Positions 35,201-41,291 of a stretch of DNA of 41,291 nt are shown piece by piece; positions within the stretch are counted from its first letter, which is position 1, and each line of letters begins with the position of its first letter. The stretch spans positions 9,977,836-10,019,126 of the forward strand of contig NC_068991.1 of NCBI RefSeq assembly GCF_001194135.2, in the 5' to 3' direction. The notes beneath the pieces were generated by a model. The model was not told the DNA's origin. It was given only the letters and a program-made list of their open reading frames with translations, and did not search any database. The DNA comes from Octopus bimaculoides. Taxonomy: Eukaryota. Both the position numbers and the translations under genes were made by a program.

Positions 35201-36059
35201 TGAGGTTTTAACACCTCGACGTAGAATATACAACTCACTTAGCCCTTTCAAAACAGACACACAGTGCAGCTGAATGGAAGTTGTTACTTATATTCCTACA
35301 TCGTCAACTTTGACTGGCTGGTGTCTGCCAAAGCACAACTGAATATAGCCACAGTGATAAAATAGTTCATATCTCACTACAAGTAGAAGACATTCATCCA
35401 AGACGTTGCACAGTGGGACTGAACCTGAAACCATGTGGTTGCAAAGCAAGCTTCTACACCACCGTTTAGTAGCAATTTGACTGACATCTGTTTTAAATAG
35501 CGAACACATTTAAAGTTACCGTCAAACTATAGCAATTACTACTGTTGGCTTGTTCATCTATCTGCCATAGATGATCATGTAAAACCGTCATTTTTCAGCC
35601 TCACCGAATGAACGACAATAAACTCTGGCAAGAACTAAACTAATGGTCCTAATCAATGAGATATGGTTGATTAATATGATTATTACATGTGGAGATCTAA
35701 AAATACAGAAATAATAGAAGAGATTGAAATTTCAAAGTGATCAATATTTATTTATACTGGTTTCCAAACTGTCTTATAATGAACAAAGAAATTAAACCTA
35801 AGGTGATGAATTTTAATTAAACTTGGATTGATGACATGCTATTCAAAACTCCTAAAGAGAAATCAAAATAAGAAATGGTGTAATCAAGCTGTTAATAACA
35901 ACAACAAAAATAATTTCAATAGTAATGGTAATAATAATAATACTAATAATAATGATGATAATGATTATAATTCTTTCTAATTTTGAAGAAAGGCTAGAAA
36001 TTGTAGGAGGATGCACTCACACGTGTGCGTGTGTGTGCGTTAGTTGATGATATCAACTC

Positions 36060-36730
36060 CAGTACTATTATCAACCCCAAAATGATGAGAGGCAAAGTTG
36101 ACCATTGCAGCAGTTGAACTCAGAAAGAAAAGCTGGGAGAACTGCTACGAGACATTTTTTTTTTGATATGCTAACAATTCTGCCAGCTCGTTGCCCTAAT
36201 AATAATAATAATAATAATGGTTTCAAATTTTGCCACAAGGGCAGCAATTTGTGGGTAGAGGAAGGATCGATTGTAATTGATCACAGTGTTCAAACTGGTA
36301 CTTATTTTATCAGCCCTGAAAGGATGAAAGGCAAAGTTGACCTCAGTGGAATTTGAACTCAGAACGTAAAGACAGACAAAATGCCACAAATTGCTGCCCT
36401 TGTGGCAAAATTTGAAGCCATAGTAAAAAAACACTTCTGCAAGGTGCCATGCAGTGGGACTGAACCCGAAACCATATGGTTGAGAAGTAAGCTTCTTATT
36501 TCTTTACTGTCCACAAGGGGCTAAACATAGAGGGGACAAACAAGGACAGACAAACGGATTAAGCCGATTACATCGACCCCAGTGCGTAACTGGTACTTAA
36601 TTTATTGGCCCCGAAAGGATGAAAGGCAAAGTCGACCTCGGTGGAATTTGAACTCAGAACGTAACGGCAGACGAAATACCACTAAGCATTTCGCCCGGCC
36701 TGCTAACATTTCTGCCAACTCGCCGCCTTA
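36060..36730 (-). mobile_element. Cluster of three SINE family B copies plus a family C fragment (dynein intron)
   Basis: Reverse-complement family B at about 36060-36200, 36218-36385 and 36505-36730; family C head at 36430-36500. Confidence 0.8.
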
Positions 36731-37009
36731 CAACGCATGTGTATACATACCTACATATATACACAGGTGCCAAGCAGTCTTCTTAACTACAGAGCCATGT
36801 CTGTGTCGACACAAGATTAGAAGATATGACACAATGAGAGTAATAAGATCTGAACACTTGACCTTGTGGTGAGGAGTCTGTCACTTTAACCTCACAACCA
36901 TTGCACAACAGGAAGAAATGAAAAGAAACACAACCAAAAAGCAACAGTGATTAAGATGATGGAGGCTCAGTTTCAAGTACATCTCTGAGACCTAAAGAAG
37001 TATCTTTTG

Positions 37010-38113
37010 TTCACGCATGCATGTGTGGGTTTGTAAGTGTGTATCTGTGTGTGTATGTGAAACTGTGTCTAAGTTGCTTATATATTTGAGTGTATATGTG
37101 TATGTGAGCAAATGAGAGAGAGGGAAAGAGAGTGTGTGTGTGTGTGAGAAAGAGCATATGAGTAAGACAGTGTATGTGAGTGTGTGTGTGTGAGTTTGTG
37201 TGTAAATGCATGAATGTGAAAGAATAGTTGTTTGTGTGTGTCTGAACCTTTGTCTAAGTGTTTGTATGTGCGTGAGAGTATGATTGCATGTATGTGTGTG
37301 TGTGTGTGTGTGTGCATTTACTCATAACCTCATACACAGACTCACACACACACACTCTCTCTCTCTCTCACTCTCTGTATGGCTGCATGTATATGTGTAT
37401 GTGAGAAAGTGTATGAGAGTGTTTGTGTGTGTGAGTTGTGACTGAATATTTGCATATCCGAGTGAGTATGTGTCTATGTAAATATGTGTATGTGTGTGAG
37501 TGCGTGTGTGTGTGTGTGAAAGACATGTCTAGTGTAAATAGGAATGGGATCCATTTTAGCTGTTGAACACTTAATTAAAGTGATCAGCTGATATTCTTAA
37601 ATGCTGACACTAAGATATCAACTTACAACATTGATGTGTTAATAAAAACCCCAGGTTCTCCTACTCCTGCTTTCATAATTCACTCCCCACCACCACAGAC
37701 CCAAACACACGCATACATATACACTCACTTATAGATATTCTCATGTACACTCTGACACGCACACACACACATTAACACACCCTTACATATGTAGACGCAT
37801 AATCACATGTACACAGACGTTTCTAAAAATGGAAGGATCGCTTCAAAAGCTAACACATGTGCATACACATATATATTCATACACACATATACACGCATGT
37901 ACACAAATGATATAAAACATGAATGGAAACTATTTCAGAAGCTGACTAACACACACACACAAAAGCCAAAAACACATTGGTACATGAACACACATATACA
38001 TACACAGTCAAACACTAACATTTATACAGACATAAATTCATACACACACACACATACAAACACAGGCATAAACATCCATAGACAAACATGAATGTACACA
38101 ATCACCAGCATGT

Positions 38114-38144
<31 letters not shown>

Positions 38145-38385
38145 AATACTAACATTTATAAACAAACACGAATGCATACATACACACATACAAACACAAG
38201 CATATACACACACAGACAAACACAAATGCATACGCACACACATACAAACACAAGCATATACACACACAGACAAACACTAACATTTATAAACAAACACAAA
38301 TGCATACATACACACATACAAACACAAGCATATACACACACAGACAAACACTAACATTTATACACAAACATAAAACACACACACA
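37010..38385. repeat. GT/CA-rich low-complexity region with a higher-order minisatellite at 38138-38365
   Basis: Recurring modules cagacaaacac, taacatttataaacaaacac and aaatgcatacatacacacatacaaacacaagcatatacacaca. Confidence 0.85.
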
Positions 38386-39173
38386 GAGACAGGAAGATTT
38401 AGACAGATTAAGCTGATTGGTTATTGAACACATACAAACTGAAGAAAGACATGTGGTGTCATTTCTATTGATATGGTAGAGATGACAGCTTGTCTCTCCA
38501 AATGAAATATGGTTGCCATGCAAATCAAAGAGGCTGAGTGAGATAAGGCAAAAATGGTTTTTAATGAAATTAAAACGATGAGATTTCACTTGTTTTAATT
38601 TAGCTCTCATGTTTTTGGATTGGATTGGGTTGCCTATGTTCAGTCCACTGCAAGACAAAGACCTCAGCATGCTCTCTCCATCAACCATGGTTCGATGTGG
38701 AGGCCATGAATTTGAGCTTGAGATTATAGTAGTTTGAAGGAGCCTACTCTGCCACACTGGCTCAACATGGCTTGGCCAAAGGGTACAGTTTATTTATCTA
38801 ACCACAAAGAAAATAATGTTCTCTAGAAAAAAATCAGTAAACACCAGAACATAAATGGGCAAGACAAATGAAAATATACAAAATAAAGAATTAATCGTAG
38901 ACCTGGTTTCGCCATTAACTCTTTTACTTATGTAAAAACGTCCATGGCTTGTCAATATGACCGTTCTAATTCAATATAATTTGCAGAACTATACACGAAT
39001 AATCTTCATAAAGTTTGACATGCGTACAGTTCTACCGATTACATTGGGGTTATTTTCAAATGTCTCAGCTCCGGCGCACTAAATTCCGGAAACAGTTCTG
39101 CAGAAGATTATTCACTGCAGTGGATGGATGTTGCCGGTTAGAGAACATAATTATTTAAATTTATATTTATATA

Positions 39174-39313
39174 CTGAGGGTGATAAAATGAAGTGGTCAT
39201 CCCTTCTTATACGCATGTCATACAATTTTTCTGAATTTTCAGATTTTTTATAGGCTAGGCCACTGGTTTTAAATTGATGTTAATTAAATTAATATTCAAT
39301 TTATCACTCTCAG
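39174..39313. mobile_element. TA-flanked MITE (140 bp), Tc1/mariner-type, in the dynein intron
   Basis: TA|CTGAGGGTGATAAA...TTTATCACTCTCAG|TA, TIRs matching 13/14. Confidence 0.65.
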
Positions 39314-40479
39314 TATATATATATATATATATATATATATGGAGAGAGAGAGAGAAATTTACAGGCATACTATATAGTTATATAAGCAACATATAGATGC
39401 ATATAGATATTCACATGACGAAGGTATACATGTGATGTATACAGATACATATAGCTATACATGTGACTTGTTGATGGCTATAGATATGCACATGACATAC
39501 AAAGCTGGATACATGTGACATATATAGATAGATTAGAGGTTAGCGGAGAAGAATAAATATTTAAGCAAACAGTGTTGCTTGATGATTGATTTTTCAAGAG
39601 TGTTTTTTTTTTCTTTTCTTAGAAAGAAGGCGATGACTTAACACACATCAGAATCAGCAACGAATAATCAAGGATAAAAAAAAAAAAAATCACTCTCTCT
39701 CTCGCTATCAACCATCAACACCTCATTATCATCACCCTCCTCCTCATCACCATCATCATCATCATCACCTGACTCAGAATCAGCTTCCTGCATTTCATGC
39801 TTAAACTAATTAGAAGACTTTAATAGGTTTGATTAACAGTTTGATGTGAACTTATTCTGAAAGATGTCTTGTGGATTTTTTGGGAGGTGGGTGGGGGTAT
39901 TTCATAGATTTCTATTTTATCTATTTTATTTTAATATTTTTTTTTGTTATAGTTTCAACAACCTTGACTAACTCTTTGACATAGCTCTGACACACTCATT
40001 GATTTTAAAATAACTGCCAGTATATTTTAAAAAATTTTTGTTCCATATTTTTATTCCTTTTCTCTTTTTAATGGGGTGTTACTTTCTTGCAGCCATTTTC
40101 TAGTTGTTTTCTGACATAGATTTCCCCTTCTGTCTTCTTCCTCAGAAAAAAGATCATTTGGTTATCTTTTCATTCTTCTTCATTTTTGTTTCTTCCTCAT
40201 CCATTTCTTTCTTTCATTTTTATTCTTATACTCAACTAATTGGACCAATATTCGATGTTACTTGCTAGTTATTTTTACTTTTTAATACAAGATAACAGCT
40301 GACACAACACATCGTCTTAACCAAGGAAGGAGGCTGTTCTTTATTCAGTCAAACATTTGTAGATCAACAAAACAGAATGTCAGCGAATTTCAACTTAACC
40401 TTTTCTAAATGTTACACTCGTAAATGACACAGATTCATCTCAACTATTGAACATAGTCATAATTGGCACAACTGTTAGA

Positions 40480-40700
40480 GCATAACACAAAATGACTTCC
40501 AGTACACATTCTGACATTTTGTGTTTTGAGTTCAAATACAGCAGAGGTCAACTCAGTATTTCATCTCTTCAAGGTCAATAAATAATGCCCATGTGGTTAA
40601 GAAGCTTGCTCTACACCTAAGGCAAGTGTCTTCTACTATAACCCAGAGTTGACCAATGCCTTGTGAATGAATGTGATGGATAGCAACTATGTAGAAGTCT
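40480..40700 (+). mobile_element. Adjacent SINE family B and family C fragments (dynein intron)
   Basis: ttgagttcaaatacagcagaggtcaact followed by ggcaagtgtcttctactata. Confidence 0.6.
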
Positions 40701-40729
40701 GTTATATATATATATATATATATATATGT

Positions 40730-40870
40730 TGGCACCCATGCTAGTAGCATGTAAAAAGCACCCACTACTTTCTTGGACTAGTTGGCATCAAGAAGGACTT
40801 CCAGCTGTAAAAATCATGCCAAGTCAGATTGGGGCCTGGTGCAGCTCCCCAACTTACTAGTTTTCAGTCA
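40730..40870 (+). mobile_element. SINE family A copy (dynein intron)
   Basis: Diverged core gttggcatcaagaaggacttccagctgtaaaaatc. Confidence 0.65.
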
Positions 40871-40976
40871 AACCTGGCTCCTTTATAGCTCTCACTTTTC
40901 TCATGAACTACAAAAAGAAATCTGTTGTATTCCACACCCATATGTCGGTTGTGTTGCAATTAACTTGAATACTTAC

Positions 40977-41114
40977 TTCAAAATCAAAGGCTAGATTATC
41001 TATAGGAATGGTATATTTCCTGGCATAATTCTGCATGACACCAGTGAGAAATGCCTGAGTGAAGAAGAAACCAGACACCCAAAACACTGGGGGTTTTTGT
41101 GAATCATACCAAGT
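40977..41114 (-). CDS. DNAH12: Axonemal dynein heavy chain, third-to-last coding exon (C-terminal domain)
   Basis: 138 bp, acceptor ttctttcag and donor gtaagt, phase 0/0. Translates [46 protein letters not shown], carrying the dynein C-terminal motif [25 protein letters not shown]. Paralog assignment (DNAH12 vs DNAH7/DNAH3) rests on recalled sequences and is less certain than the family call. Confidence 0.93.
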
Positions 41115-41260
41115 CTGAAAGAACAGAAATAGAGAATCACTATAATGGAGGGGAAAAGATACAGGATAGAAATGCATGAAAACAAAAGAAAAGCAGAATT
41201 AGAACAGATTAGAGACAGAATATTATTGAACAGAATAGATATACATAATATAATAGAACA

Positions 41261-41291
<31 letters not shown>

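Noticed and set aside
38284-38757. 157-aa minus-strand ORF in the dynein intron
   Set aside because: The flanking dynein exons join in frame without it, it has no dynein motifs, and its C-terminal third is GT repeat.
39690-39805. Acidic peptide (EADSESGDDDDGDEEEGDD) on the dynein strand
   Set aside because: Explained by (ATC)n/(CTC)n low complexity; no good donor, and the protein is continuous across this intron.

Overview
AT-rich, microsatellite- and SINE-dense animal genomic DNA with five N gaps. The repeat families look like those of Octopus (inference from repeat content). The only firmly supported gene is the 3' end of an axonemal dynein heavy chain on the minus strand: three terminal coding exons at 41114-40977, 34116-34025 and 33255-32994, with GT-AG junctions that join in frame, most like the DNAH12/DNAH7/DNAH3 inner-arm group. 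The rest is intronic or intergenic and holds four tRNA-derived SINE families, decayed CR1-like and R4/Dong-like LINE pieces, two Tc1/mariner transposase remnants, a deleted hAT element, and piggyBac-type and TA-flanked MITEs. The most notable unexplained structures are a foldback with ~760-bp arms (18.9-20.9 kb), two minimal hammerhead-ribozyme-like motifs (22117-22153 minus; 6378-6416 plus), a pre-miRNA-like hairpin in the dynein intron (35076-35200), and a CCAAT-box cluster with weak candidate exons of a possible unannotated minus-strand gene (27.6-24.5 kb). Almost all ORFs in the supplied track are microsatellite, SINE or N-gap artefacts. I see no clear new multi-gene system. All alignments and translations were done by eye, so repeat boundaries are approximate.
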